From Escherichia phage_vB_EcoD_Punny: a stretch of DNA of 49,765 nucleotides. The position numbers and the translations under genes were made by a program. This document shows positions 20,171 through 29,729 of this stretch, piece by piece. Within the stretch, counting starts at the first letter, position 1, and each line of letters starts with the position of its first letter. The notes under the pieces are model-generated. The model had not been told where the DNA came from. It saw only the letters and a list, made by a program, of their open reading frames with translations, and did no database searches. Location of the stretch: the sequence record OL539444.1; one strand, written 5' to 3'.

Positions 20171-20245
20171 CACAACAAAAAGAACAAATAAAATATCTAT
20201 ATAATACATACACTTAAAGAATAATTATTATTATATATCTATATT
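20171..20245. repeat. conserved AT-rich intergenic element, copy A
   Basis: AAAATATCTATATAATACAT and ATAATTATTATTATATATCTATATT are identical to 40685-40704 and 40716-40740; followed by a GT-rich TGATTGATGG tract. Confidence 0.7.
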
Positions 20246-20472
20246 TGTATTCTTATTGTTTCTATTGTTCTCTATGGTTTGTGGTGGTTGTGTGTTTTGT
20301 ATTGATTGATGGTTATATATCACATGGTATGTATTTATATATGGTATGCAGCGTAAATGCGTGAACAATGGAACGCAAAAACAACAATTAGTAAAATCAT
20401 AAACTTACGATGTGATTTTGTTTAAACGCTAGTTGCAAACGTATGCAAGACAAAAAGAACGCTTAAATGGTA

Positions 20473-20500
20473 TTGACTACATGAAACATTCACATATAAT
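20473..20500 (+). promoter_or_regulatory. sigma70-like promoter for recombination module
   Basis: TTGACT, 16-bp spacer, TATAAT; about 28 nt upstream of ATG 20529. Confidence 0.6.
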
Positions 20501-20528
20501 GCAGACATACCAACGAGAGGATGACTAA

Positions 20529-21584
20529 ATGAGCGATTTTAAAGTTTACACCTTTGACCAGTTAACCAACGGTGAATATCACGATCCGAAAGGCTGGGCG
20601 GCTGAATACGTTAGCGGTTCAAGCCTGGCAGAAATCTTTGCAAGTTGTCCGGCAGCATGGAAATACAGACCACGCGAGGAAAGCAAAGCGCTTGTTTTCG
20701 GTACGCAGTCACACACAAACTTCCAGAGTAGTGAGCTATTCGCAAAAGAGTACCGCAGAGCGCCAGCGCCGGAAGATTATGAAAACCTGATTACGAGCCA
20801 GGCAGCATTGGCAGCGAAATTAAAATCTTTTGGCCTGACTGGTACAAACGGGAAAACGTATCCAGATCTGATTAAGATGATGGTTGATTGTGGTGAGGAT
20901 CTAAATGTGCAATGGCTAATTGAAATGATCGCAGAAAGCCAGGCGCGAGCGGATAACGTTGAATTGGTTCCGGCTAAAGATTACGACGCTTGCGTTACCA
21001 TGCGCCGCGTACTGGAAAGCATACCTGAACACAACGCTTGCATGAATAGCCCAACAGCACAACGCGAGCTATCAATTTTCGGCACTATAAAAGGCGTGAA
21101 AGTCAAAGTAAGGCTTGACCATGTTGATATTTGCAAGGATGTGCTTGCAACGGTGATTTCCGGCTATGACGGTGAAGGGAATCCGGTTTATGAAACCACG
21201 CGATTTGATGAAGCGATTGTGATCACTGATTACAAAACAACGTCAAGCGCTAACCCAACGGAGTTTTCACGGCTGGCATTTAATCATGGTTACTACTTAA
21301 AAATGGCATTGCAGCACGACCTATTCAAGAAAGCGTATCCAGAAGAAAAACGACCTGTTGTTGTTCGACTTCTGGCGCAAGAAAAGAAAGAGCCGTTTTT
21401 ACCTATCGCATACCGCATGACAGACGAGCAATTGAAGATCGGACGTCTGCAATACATGAGCGTTATCAACCAGTTTGCAGAATGCCAGGCTAATGACGTT
21501 TGGCCTTCATATGCAAACGGTGAGCCGGAAATTGACCTGCAAACGCCTGATTGGGTACGCAGACAATACAAAGGTTTTTTATAA
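20529..21584 (+). CDS. PD-(D/E)XK family nuclease (recombination exonuclease, putative)
   Basis: VRLDHVD ... IVITDYKTT resembles a D...D/E-x-K nuclease core; adjacent to Erf-like and SSB genes. Confidence 0.5.
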   Translation: MSDFKVYTFDQLTNGEYHDPKGWAAEYVSGSSLAEIFASCPAAWKYRPREESKALVFGTQSHTNFQSSELFAKEYRRAPAPEDYENLITSQAALAAKLKSFGLTGTNGKTYPDLIKMMVDCGEDLNVQWLIEMIAESQARADNVELVPAKDYDACVTMRRVLESIPEHNACMNSPTAQRELSIFGTIKGVKVKVRLDHVDICKDVLATVISGYDGEGNPVYETTRFDEAIVITDYKTTSSANPTEFSRLAFNHGYYLKMALQHDLFKKAYPEEKRPVVVRLLAQEKKEPFLPIAYRMTDEQLKIGRLQYMSVINQFAECQANDVWPSYANGEPEIDLQTPDWVRRQYKGFL

Positions 21585-21627
21585 ATAGCACTTTTTGCTA
21601 AAACAGCCATTCGATGCGTGGTATACT
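21585..21627 (+). promoter_or_regulatory. dyad-motif promoter unit P1
   Basis: ATAGCACTTTTTGCTAAAAC, 17-nt gap, TGgTATACT in the loop of GATGCGTG/CACGCATC; upstream stop abuts the motif. Confidence 0.55.
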
Positions 21628-21658
21628 ACACGCATCAACCAACAAGAGAGGAAATAAA

Positions 21659-21950
21659 AATGGAACAGCAATTCAATGAACAAGACACTCAAGACGTGCG
21701 CGATCATGTAGGCGGATTTGTAAACGCATTAGGCATTATGCAACGCCAGTTCTTACGAGTAATTGATCCAAGCGAATCACCGGAAACTATTGAATACGTT
21801 CGCAAGGTTGCATATTCGATTGATAACGTTGTGTTAACAGTTCTTCAAATGGAGAATAACGAAGAACACCGCAAGATGATTAATCAGGCAAGTGAAATCA
21901 TGATCCAGAATTTGATTGATTATCACAACGAGAACAAAGAAAAGCATTAA
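21659..21950 (+). CDS. hypothetical protein
   Basis: 97 aa ORF with GAGAGGA RBS, 31 nt downstream of the P1 -10. Confidence 0.5.
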
Positions 21951-21996
21951 TTAACACGGCGGCGCAAGCCGCCATTATTAAACCGGAGTCAATGAA

Positions 21997-22659
21997 ATGA
22001 AATTTTCCGATCAAAACGCAAACGTAATTAAGGCATTGTTTGAGGCGCGTCAGTTATTCACAAAAGTAAAAAAGGATAAGCAAAACACGCACCTTAAAAA
22101 CAAATATGCAACTCTTGACAGCGTTCTTGATGCTATTATGCCTGGCCTTACTGATAAGGGTTTATTCCTTACTCAAGATCAGAAAGTTGGCGAAGATTTG
22201 AAATCAATGACGGTTTTAACTCGCTTCATTCACGTTGAATCAAATGAATGGGTTGAATATAGTTTCACGTTGCCAATGCAGAAATTAGATCCACAAGGCG
22301 GCGGCTCAACAAACAGCTATGCGAGACGTTATGCTCTTTGCACGGCTCTTGGCCTGGCAACGGCTGACGATGACGCAAATCTTGCCACCAAAAACGCGCA
22401 GGATTGGAAAAAAGATCTTGATGCTTGCGATAACCTTACAGACTTGCAAGAAACGTTTAAAACGGCTTACAAGCAATCTGACGCGGCTAACAGGAGAATC
22501 ATTAAAGAGCATTACGACAAGCTAAAAGCAAAAATGGAAATCGGAAAGGCTCGCGGTTTTAATCCGGCAGCGCCAGCGGCTAATGTTGCGAAGAAGGAAA
22601 ATGTTGAAAACGAGCCGCAACAGGAAGTAAAATCTCAATCTATCACAGACTTTGAATAA
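21997..22659 (+). CDS. Erf-like single-strand annealing protein
   Basis: N-terminal region (KNKYATLDSVLDAIMP...) resembles the ERF family; adjacent to SSB. Confidence 0.55.
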   Translation: MKFSDQNANVIKALFEARQLFTKVKKDKQNTHLKNKYATLDSVLDAIMPGLTDKGLFLTQDQKVGEDLKSMTVLTRFIHVESNEWVEYSFTLPMQKLDPQGGGSTNSYARRYALCTALGLATADDDANLATKNAQDWKKDLDACDNLTDLQETFKTAYKQSDAANRRIIKEHYDKLKAKMEIGKARGFNPAAPAANVAKKENVENEPQQEVKSQSITDFE

Positions 22660-22697
22660 ATTAACGTGGGGCGGTAACGCCCCAATAAGGATTAAGA

Positions 22698-23123
22698 ATG
22701 CACGTAATCACCGGAGAAATTCGCAAAGAGCCATTTGTAAAGCAAGGCGCAAACGGCACATTATACATCGTTGAGCTTTCGGAGTCATTTAAAGATCGTG
22801 AAGGTAATCGACAATACACCAATTACAAATTCTTCTTTAATGCTAAAAGCGACGGCATGAATAATTGGTATCGTGAAGCATTTCAGCAGGGTAAAGTTAT
22901 TTCTGTATCATGCGATCAGTTACGCATTGATAGCCAGGAATACAACGGGCAGATTTATAACACATTGACGGCGGCGGGCTTTCCTAATCTTTTATTCAGT
23001 CAACGCGGAGAAGGGCAGGCGCCACAACAGCAGCAACCTCGACAGCAACAACAATCGCCACGCCAGCAAGCGCCTCAAAACAACGAGCCGCCTATGGATT
23101 TTGATGATGATATCCCATTCTGA
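22698..23123 (+). CDS. ssb: single-stranded DNA-binding protein
   Basis: OB-fold-like N-terminus, Gln/Pro-rich linker and acidic C-terminal tail DFDDDIPF typical of SSB. Confidence 0.8.
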   Translation: MHVITGEIRKEPFVKQGANGTLYIVELSESFKDREGNRQYTNYKFFFNAKSDGMNNWYREAFQQGKVISVSCDQLRIDSQEYNGQIYNTLTAAGFPNLLFSQRGEGQAPQQQQPRQQQQSPRQQAPQNNEPPMDFDDDIPF

Positions 23124-23126
23124 TAA

Positions 23127-23155
23127 AATAAAACCCCGCAATGCGGGGTTTTTTA
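23127..23155. terminator. bidirectional rho-independent terminator
   Basis: CCCCGC/GCGGGG stem, 3-nt loop, flanked by an A-run and a T-run; sits between convergent SSB and tail fibre genes. Confidence 0.75.
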
Positions 23156-25438
23156 TTACTTAGTAAGCTGAACAAGCATTGCTTGCATTTCCGCAATTGC
23201 GGCTTTCATTTCTGCGATCTCGTTTTTCAACTCTTTAATTTCCTCCTGTTGAGCCTGAATAGTTTTATTCTGCTTATCTGAATCATCAATCATTTCATTG
23301 ATCGCGTTAACCAAAAGAGCAGTAATACCGCCATAGCTAACACCTAAATATTCTGAATCTGAAATCTTGTAAACCGCTTCCGGTAAAACAGTTTGCACGT
23401 CTTGAGCTATTACACCAGCCTCCTCCGAATAGAAAGAATATTCATCTTCATCAAGATTGTTGCGCTTAAAATAAGTGTAACCTTTTATTGATTTCACTTT
23501 TTCTTTAGCGCTTTCAATCTCTTTTAGGTTTGTTTTCAGGCGAATATCGGAAGTGTTAACCCATTGCACAGCAGACGCATAACCAGCATCGTTAAACCCA
23601 TAAACAGCGCCCCTTACATTAAAATGAGCCTCGCAACCTCCAGCGCCATATCTGGCAACATCTATACCAAAAGCCCAATCACCACCCCACCTTACAACCT
23701 TAACAACGTTAACGGCTACATCATCGCTTGGAAGTTCAACAAGCATACCAGCGGCGCGATCACGCCATGCAGTAAAAGCACCACCCTCAACATTTCCACC
23801 TATAAAGCAATTAGCGACACCGCGTCTAACTCCTTCAACATAAGCGAATCTAGCATCTTCTGGAGCAAGTGATTGAATAGTTCTGTATGCAATATTGCCA
23901 CTTTTTGTAAATGCAAACATCACTTGACTATCAGCAATTGCTTGAAGAATCCCATCTCCATTTTGCCTAAATCCAGTGTCTGTATCACCAATTACTAACG
24001 CATTACTTCCAAGCGCATTACCAATACCCCTACCGATAACTATTGAATTGTAATTTATCGCGTTACCGCTTTCATCAAATTGATAATAGTTTGTATCACC
24101 TCCTTCCCTAGTGACTTGTATTGTTGTTTTTGCTAATCCACCTTGAATTTCGTTGTAAATTCTTGAGTATGAAAGCTGTACATCTTCTGGACTTTTGTTT
24201 ATTAAATAAAGAATTCCAGAGTTTACAGAGTTTTTTTCTGTTAGTCTTATTCCTCTAAAAACAGGTATATCAGCCTCACCAATGCCAAAATTATTCCTTG
24301 CTTGGCTTACGTTTGCTGCACCTGTGCCGCCCTGTAGAATTCCAAGAGGAATATACTGTTGCGATGCGATATTCCAGTAACCCCAACCATCGTTACCAAC
24401 TGTAAGGTATTTGATCTTATCCGGCGACCGAATAAACGTTTCACCATCGCCCTGATCAAATCGGTCAATCTGGAAATTAATTCTTGCTTGCGTTACGTTT
24501 TCCGCACCAGTACCGCCAGCACCAACAGAAAGAGCGGATGTGCTGTTATCGCTATTTCTTGCAACTCGCCACTCGCCGTTGTTTGCGATCCGTAATTCAT
24601 AAGTCCATGCAGGGTTACGAAATGAGTTATAATCACCTGGATTTTGACCCTTAACTGAATTAACAGCCTCAACTTTCAGCGCCTCCCTTGCTAAATCTTT
24701 ATTAGCAAGATCATTAAGATTCTGATCCTTATGCAGAAGGTTTTCAGGGTTAACTTGTTGTGCCCATTGGCGAGCTTCATCACGCGCAGTTTCAGCGCCT
24801 TGTTTAGCGTTTCCGGCTGCATCGCGAGCATTAACAGCCTCGTTTTTAATTGATCCAATTTCAGCAACGGCGCTATCTTTTATTTGTTGCGTCTGCGTTT
24901 TTATTGCGTCAGTGTCTGCCTTAATCTGATTGGTTTCATTGACGGCAGCATCCTTAATCTGTTGAGTCTCAGATACAGCAGAATCCTTAATCTGTTGCGT
25001 TTCATTTTTTAGTTGCTCAGTTGCTGCTTTGTCGTTTGCTACCTGTTGAGCATCAGCATTAACCTTGTTAACTAAATCTTGCAATGTTTTCAGATCGAAG
25101 TTTTTAAAGAATTCAATTGCTTCCTCGATAACTGTTTCTTTACTTTGGTAATAACGCAGAGTTTCCGCTACATCTTGCGCCATTCCATCGACAGTTAACG
25201 AGTCATTCAACAGGATCACATAATTTCCGTTTTCTACTGGATCTCCGTCAGTCTGGATCGCTTTCATTTCCGTGTCGCTTACAATATCGCTGATAACCGC
25301 CAGCTTTAAAGGCGTGGTTAAAAAAACGATTGTTGCGCCAGTGCGAATAAGAGAAAGCGGCTCACGCCATTTTGTGCCAGTACCAGTGATAACGCCTTGC
25401 GCGTCCATCGCGGCGGTTCCAGTGCGATATAAAGCCAT
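23156..25438 (-). CDS. tail fibre with C-terminal intramolecular chaperone (S74-like) domain
   Basis: 760 aa; N-terminal 11-aa tandem repeats ([10 protein letters not shown]); C-terminal [12 protein letters not shown] region resembling self-cleaving chaperone domains. Confidence 0.7.
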   Translation of the reverse strand: MALYRTGTAAMDAQGVITGTGTKWREPLSLIRTGATIVFLTTPLKLAVISDIVSDTEMKAIQTDGDPVENGNYVILLNDSLTVDGMAQDVAETLRYYQSKETVIEEAIEFFKNFDLKTLQDLVNKVNADAQQVANDKAATEQLKNETQQIKDSAVSETQQIKDAAVNETNQIKADTDAIKTQTQQIKDSAVAEIGSIKNEAVNARDAAGNAKQGAETARDEARQWAQQVNPENLLHKDQNLNDLANKDLAREALKVEAVNSVKGQNPGDYNSFRNPAWTYELRIANNGEWRVARNSDNSTSALSVGAGGTGAENVTQARINFQIDRFDQGDGETFIRSPDKIKYLTVGNDGWGYWNIASQQYIPLGILQGGTGAANVSQARNNFGIGEADIPVFRGIRLTEKNSVNSGILYLINKSPEDVQLSYSRIYNEIQGGLAKTTIQVTREGGDTNYYQFDESGNAINYNSIVIGRGIGNALGSNALVIGDTDTGFRQNGDGILQAIADSQVMFAFTKSGNIAYRTIQSLAPEDARFAYVEGVRRGVANCFIGGNVEGGAFTAWRDRAAGMLVELPSDDVAVNVVKVVRWGGDWAFGIDVARYGAGGCEAHFNVRGAVYGFNDAGYASAVQWVNTSDIRLKTNLKEIESAKEKVKSIKGYTYFKRNNLDEDEYSFYSEEAGVIAQDVQTVLPEAVYKISDSEYLGVSYGGITALLVNAINEMIDDSDKQNKTIQAQQEEIKELKNEIAEMKAAIAEMQAMLVQLTK
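24872..25016 (-). repeat. 33-bp tandem coding repeats in tail fibre
   Basis: About four imperfect copies of ATCCTTAATCTGTTG..., encoding QQIKD-type repeats. Confidence 0.55.
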
Positions 25439-25474
25439 AATTTCACCTCATTGCTTGTTTAAAATAGTGTAGTG

Positions 25475-25503
25475 ATTATGCGACATTGCTATGTTACATG
25501 CAA
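25475..25503 (-). promoter_or_regulatory. sigma70-like promoter for tail fibre gene
   Basis: On the minus strand TTGCAT, 17-bp spacer, CATAAT; about 35 nt upstream of the start at 25438. Confidence 0.6.
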
Positions 25504-25528
25504 TAAAAAAACCCCGCATAGCGGGGTT
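25504..25528 (-). terminator. rho-independent terminator after primase gene
   Basis: On the minus strand AACCCCGC/GCGGGGTT then TTTTTTT. Confidence 0.65.
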
Positions 25529-25592
25529 CGTCAACGACAACGAGAAGTCAATGAAACAGATTCATCGAAAAGTGTTAGTAGCATGATGAATA

Positions 25593-26519
25593 TTATAATA
25601 AGTCACTTGCCTTGTAAAGCCTCCGCTCTATTCCATTTTTGAATTTACCGTTAATTGGTAACATTACGTCTAATTCGCGATCATCAGCAGCAATCAAAGT
25701 ATCGCGATCATTAGCATGGCACACAACGCGCATTTTGCGATCTCCTTTGTATCTGTATGCAACAATTTCAAGATTTGAAGGTGAGAAACACGCCCATACT
25801 TCTTGCCCCGTCGCCAGGTGTATATGTTGCGCATCAATCCAATCAACGCAAAGGTAAATTGTTTTGTCAGTCTTGCCAGTTACTGCAACGCTTCCGCGCG
25901 TGTAATCTTTCGCGTAAAAACTGCTTTTACCTTCCTCATTGACGAAAAGAATATTGCACATGTCATCATCCAATTCATCACTATGCACCAGGTGGCAAGG
26001 AATAGCGTGTATATGCTCGCAATATCCATTGTCATGAGTTTTTACGCCAACTTGATACGATTCGCCGTCTAATGGATAAAACGCCTCAAAAACGCTTAGA
26101 TTTGTTATTTCCATGCGTTCAGTTTTATCCATCACCTCAACACATTTTTCATGTGGTGCTTGCGATCCGAAATTGTAACCGGAGTCACGTTTTGCCGCTT
26201 TGTTAGCCTTGTTGACAACCTCAACCGGAACCAGGTTTAACCATTCGCCTAGAGTGTCGATTGCTTCACTGTAATTTTCACCACGTATTCGCATGAATAA
26301 TCCGATCCCTGAATCATTCCCGCATTGGTTGCAAATGTTGCCGCCGTCGCCTTTCTCGTTGATTTTGTCAGTCCAACGAAAGCGATCTTTACCTCCGCAA
26401 TAAGGGCAAGGTTGATGCTTTCCGTTAAAGGTTAATTGAGGAATATCGCAAAGTTTCATTAATGCCGCTTGCCACATGCCGCGCATCTTTGGGATCACTT
26501 CTTCTTTTTGATAATGCAT
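25593..26519 (-). CDS. DNA primase (zinc-ribbon + TOPRIM-like), putative
   Basis: N-terminal CPYCGG...CNQCGN zinc ribbon, acidic DxD-like segments downstream; sits in the replication block. Confidence 0.5.
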   Translation of the reverse strand: MHYQKEEVIPKMRGMWQAALMKLCDIPQLTFNGKHQPCPYCGGKDRFRWTDKINEKGDGGNICNQCGNDSGIGLFMRIRGENYSEAIDTLGEWLNLVPVEVVNKANKAAKRDSGYNFGSQAPHEKCVEVMDKTERMEITNLSVFEAFYPLDGESYQVGVKTHDNGYCEHIHAIPCHLVHSDELDDDMCNILFVNEEGKSSFYAKDYTRGSVAVTGKTDKTIYLCVDWIDAQHIHLATGQEVWACFSPSNLEIVAYRYKGDRKMRVVCHANDRDTLIAADDRELDVMLPINGKFKNGIERRLYKASDLL

Positions 26520-26577
26520 TTCTCAACCTCCAAATAAAAAACCTGGCACGATGATAAACCATGCCAGGCCGTAATTT

Positions 26578-27186
26578 TTAGCAATCAGTGCTATCGACGG
26601 AAATCACAACGCGTTTCTTCTGATTGGCTTCCTTTGCTTTGCGCCGTTCTTCTTTCGCCTTGTCGCGTTCAGCTTTGCGCCGCGCTTTCTCCTTCTCGCG
26701 TTCTTCTGGAGGCATAGACCGTAACGGATCGTAAGGCCGGACAAATCCGCGAGCCTCCGCTTCTTCTTTTGTGACAAATCGCATGAGCTTTCTGTTGCTG
26801 CAACGATTCTCTAATGGCTTGCCGTTGTTGTCAAAGCGCAAATCTGGACGGCAATATGAAGCGCGGAAACCGTTAAAACCTTTGCGGCGGTAATCCTTTT
26901 GGATCAGTTCAGCGCCTTTAGCTGAAATCATGCCGCGCTCTTTCCATCCCCACACTGTTTTAAGGTTAACGCCAATCTCACGCGCCAACGCAGCACAGCC
27001 GCCATAAGCGCTAACCACTTCATCAAGCCTAGCTTTTAATCCTGCCCTTACTTCTTCCTTTAGTACCAGATAACCGCTAACAGGTGCGCGGCGCTTCCGG
27101 TCTTTACCACGCCTTACGCCGTTGTTACCATTGATTGTGCGTTTGTCGATTTCGCCCGTTGAGGCCGCAATTTTGATTTCGCTCAT
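26578..27186 (-). CDS. HTH DNA-binding protein with basic C-terminal tail
   Basis: GGCAALAREIGVNLKTVWGWK resembles a Cro/YdaS-type helix-turn-helix; Lys/Arg/Glu-rich C-terminus. Trimmed to ATG 27186 (GGTGA RBS) because the longer ORF translates the dyad motif. Confidence 0.45.
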   Translation of the reverse strand: MSEIKIAASTGEIDKRTINGNNGVRRGKDRKRRAPVSGYLVLKEEVRAGLKARLDEVVSAYGGCAALAREIGVNLKTVWGWKERGMISAKGAELIQKDYRRKGFNGFRASYCRPDLRFDNNGKPLENRCSNRKLMRFVTKEEAEARGFVRPYDPLRSMPPEEREKEKARRKAERDKAKEERRKAKEANQKKRVVISVDSTDC

Positions 27187-27196
27187 ATTTTCACCT

Positions 27197-27239
27197 ATAG
27201 CACTTTTTGCTAAAACTATTGAGTAAGTTTGTGTATGAT
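27197..27239 (+). promoter_or_regulatory. dyad-motif promoter unit P2
   Basis: ATAGCACTTTTTGCTAAAAC, 17-nt gap, TATGAT; no clear hairpin; drives 27275. Confidence 0.45.
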
Positions 27240-27274
27240 ATGGTGCAAATGGCATTTAGTCAAAAGGATAAGTA

Positions 27275-28162
27275 ATGATTCCTAACATTGAAAAACAGAT
27301 TGAAGAACTTGGAGCGGAAAAGATAAAGGCAATACAAAAACGCTTCACAGTTGGTGAAATTGTGCCTTACGAATATCAATGCGTTGCATACGCTGAAATC
27401 GCAAAGCGCTTGAGTAAGTATGTTGATCCGTTTTTCGTAAAAGCGGCGGTATCGGCTGGTAAAACAATCATCTTTGCTATGGTTGCGGCTCAGTGCCGTA
27501 AAATGGGGTTGAAAGCGTTATTTCTGGCGCGTCAATCTGAAATTGTGGATCAGGATTCAAAAGAGATTAGCGCCTTTGGTGTTCCGAATTCCGTTTATTG
27601 CGCTGGCCTGAATACCAAAAGCGCTTATTTCCCGATTGTTGTCGGATCGGAAGGCACTGTAATTGGTGGATTGAATAAAGCGTTGGGTGATTACGTCCCA
27701 CAAGTTTTAGGTATAGACGAATGTCATCAAGTCAACTGGAATGATATTGTTGAAGCCGAGGAAAACGGCGAAAGCATAGAGCAAATGATGACACCGAAAG
27801 GTGAACCAGTTGAAGGGAATCCGTTGCTGATTGGTTCAGGCCGCGCACAATACACCATTATCATTGCAGAAATGCGCCGCCGTTGCCTTGAGACTTACGG
27901 TCATCAGTTGCGCATATTTGGAATGACAGGATCGGAATATCGCGGAATTGAGCCGATACTTGTCGAAGATAAAAGAATTCCTGGGTTTTGGCGTGAGCAG
28001 ATCACAAACATTGATACTGATTACCTGGTAAAATTTGGTTCAGTTGTTCCCACTTATTTTGGCAATGTTGGTGATTTGGGTTACGACTTATCAGAATTTA
28101 CGCCAGTGAATGAATTTGGCGTTGCTGATTATGACCAGAAGCAATATAAAGGCCATGAGTGA
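27275..28162 (+). CDS. helicase ATPase domain protein (SF2-like, Walker A and DECH)
   Basis: AAVSAGKT Walker A and GIDECHQ motif II. Confidence 0.6.
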   Translation: MIPNIEKQIEELGAEKIKAIQKRFTVGEIVPYEYQCVAYAEIAKRLSKYVDPFFVKAAVSAGKTIIFAMVAAQCRKMGLKALFLARQSEIVDQDSKEISAFGVPNSVYCAGLNTKSAYFPIVVGSEGTVIGGLNKALGDYVPQVLGIDECHQVNWNDIVEAEENGESIEQMMTPKGEPVEGNPLLIGSGRAQYTIIIAEMRRRCLETYGHQLRIFGMTGSEYRGIEPILVEDKRIPGFWREQITNIDTDYLVKFGSVVPTYFGNVGDLGYDLSEFTPVNEFGVADYDQKQYKGHE

Positions 28163-29249
28163 CAAGATTCACCAATCAGGAACCATGACGCAGAAAATAA
28201 TGCAGATGGTTCACGAGGTGATGAAAAACCGCTTGTGCGCTCTTGTTACTTGCGCTGACGAAAGGCACTGCAAAGAGGCGGCGGCGGCGCTTCCGCCTGG
28301 CACGAAATATCACATTATCACCGGAAAAACTGGAGAGAAACAGCGGCGCTTATGGCTTGAGGATGCATATGAAGGGCGCGTTAAATACATCTTCCAGGTT
28401 CAGGCGCTAACAACTGGCGTGAACGTTCCTCCGTGGGATACTTCTGTTATTTTGCGCAAGATCGGAAGCCTGACGCTATTAACTCAGCTTTTGGGGCGCG
28501 GTATGCGTCAATTAAAAACTTACCATAAAGAAGTATTGGGAATGCACAAAACAGATCATCTTGTTTTGGACTTTTCCGGCACGATGTTTGAAATGGGTAA
28601 TTTGTATTTCGATCCAATGCTTGAGCAAGCGCAATTCCAGTTGCGTAAATCGCAGGATAAAGATCCGAAATTTTGCCCGATTTGCGGCACAGAAAATTCA
28701 TTCTATGCTCGCCGTTGCATTAATGAAGATGAAAATGGAAATCGTTGTGAGCACTTTTGGACGTTTCAAACGTGTGAGGATCAGATTGATGACCACACAA
28801 AGAAAGTTATTGTAAAAGGTTGCGGCGCAAAAAATGACGTTGCAGCGCGTGTATGCCGTTGCTGTAATGTTCAGTTACGCGATCCAAATGATAATTTATC
28901 CGGCAAGATGTACCGCAAAAATGATTGGTGCGACGTGTTAGATTTTAATGTGACGCTGACAAAAAACCAGGCTGGCGTAATATTCTGCTACACGTTGCGC
29001 GATAGTGGCGGCGTAGAATTCAGGGCATACGAAAAATATTTCCCTGAATCAGAACACAAGATATGCAAAACGCTTTGGACAAAGGCTGTTAGAACACACG
29101 TTATAGATCGCCAGGCCGCAAATTATATGATCACTTGCCGCAACGCAATTAAGATCATGAGTTATGCTGGACAAATATTGCCACCAAAGCGCGTTACGCA
29201 TCGCAAGAACACAAAGAAAGAAGATTTAATAGCACAGAAGGAATTTTAA
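28155..29249 (+). CDS. helicase C-terminal domain protein with zinc ribbons
   Basis: QLLGRGMRQ motif VI-like, then CPICG...RRC and CRCCN Cys clusters. ATG overlaps upstream stop in ATGAGTGA. Confidence 0.5.
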   Translation: MSDKIHQSGTMTQKIMQMVHEVMKNRLCALVTCADERHCKEAAAALPPGTKYHIITGKTGEKQRRLWLEDAYEGRVKYIFQVQALTTGVNVPPWDTSVILRKIGSLTLLTQLLGRGMRQLKTYHKEVLGMHKTDHLVLDFSGTMFEMGNLYFDPMLEQAQFQLRKSQDKDPKFCPICGTENSFYARRCINEDENGNRCEHFWTFQTCEDQIDDHTKKVIVKGCGAKNDVAARVCRCCNVQLRDPNDNLSGKMYRKNDWCDVLDFNVTLTKNQAGVIFCYTLRDSGGVEFRAYEKYFPESEHKICKTLWTKAVRTHVIDRQAANYMITCRNAIKIMSYAGQILPPKRVTHRKNTKKEDLIAQKEF

Positions 29250-29250
29250 T

Positions 29251-29658
29251 ATGGTTACTGATAAAGGCGATTATCTGGAGTATTACGACAAGTCAGATCC
29301 AGACGATAGGAAGGAGGAAGCGCACCAGGTTGATTCTTATTCATGGTTAACATATGAGTTTCCAATGTGGCTTGTTTGGCACACTAAAAACGAAGGGAAG
29401 AAAACAATAGGCACAGCAGTAAAGGATCAGCAAGCAGGTGTAAAAAAGGGAGTAAGCGACATTCTAATCCTGACTGGTTTTATTGGCTGCAAATATGCAT
29501 TCATTGCAATTGAGCTTAAACGAGCCAACAAGAAAGGAACGAAAGTAAGCCAGGAACAAAGGGAATTCTTGCGCCGCGTTAGGGAATGCGGAGGATTTGC
29601 CGCCGTATGCTATGGAGTAGAGCAAGTAAAATTGGCTATCGCAGACGCTACAAAATAG
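29251..29658 (+). CDS. VRR-NUC domain nuclease (putative)
   Basis: DILIL...IAIELK...EQ arrangement resembles the VRR-NUC D/E-K core; stop codon is the TAG of the next dyad motif. Confidence 0.5.
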   Translation: MVTDKGDYLEYYDKSDPDDRKEEAHQVDSYSWLTYEFPMWLVWHTKNEGKKTIGTAVKDQQAGVKKGVSDILILTGFIGCKYAFIAIELKRANKKGTKVSQEQREFLRRVRECGGFAAVCYGVEQVKLAIADATK

Positions 29659-29698
29659 CACTTTTTGTTAAAACAGGCGCAACGGAATGCGCCATAAT
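29655..29698 (+). promoter_or_regulatory. dyad-motif promoter unit P3
   Basis: ATAGCACTTTTTGTTAAAAC, 18-nt gap containing GGCGCA/TGCGCC hairpin, CATAAT. Confidence 0.55.
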
Positions 29699-29729
29699 GC
29701 ACCCATCAGAACGAAACGGAGAATTAACC

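Noticed and set aside
21293-21610. Minus-strand ORF (105 aa) beginning MAVLAKSAI
   Set aside because: Its N-terminus is a translation of the dyad motif and it lies antisense within the nuclease gene 20529-21584; judged an artefact.
27187-27255. N-terminal extension of minus ORF 26578-27255 (MPFAPYHTQTYSIVLAKSAIGEN)
   Set aside because: The extension translates the P2 dyad motif; a start at 27186 with a GGTGA ribosome-binding site is more plausible.
29586-29729. N-terminal extension of the lipoprotein ORF from 29586
   Set aside because: The extension spans the P3 motif and hairpin and would bury the signal peptide; ATG 29730 gives a proper lipoprotein.
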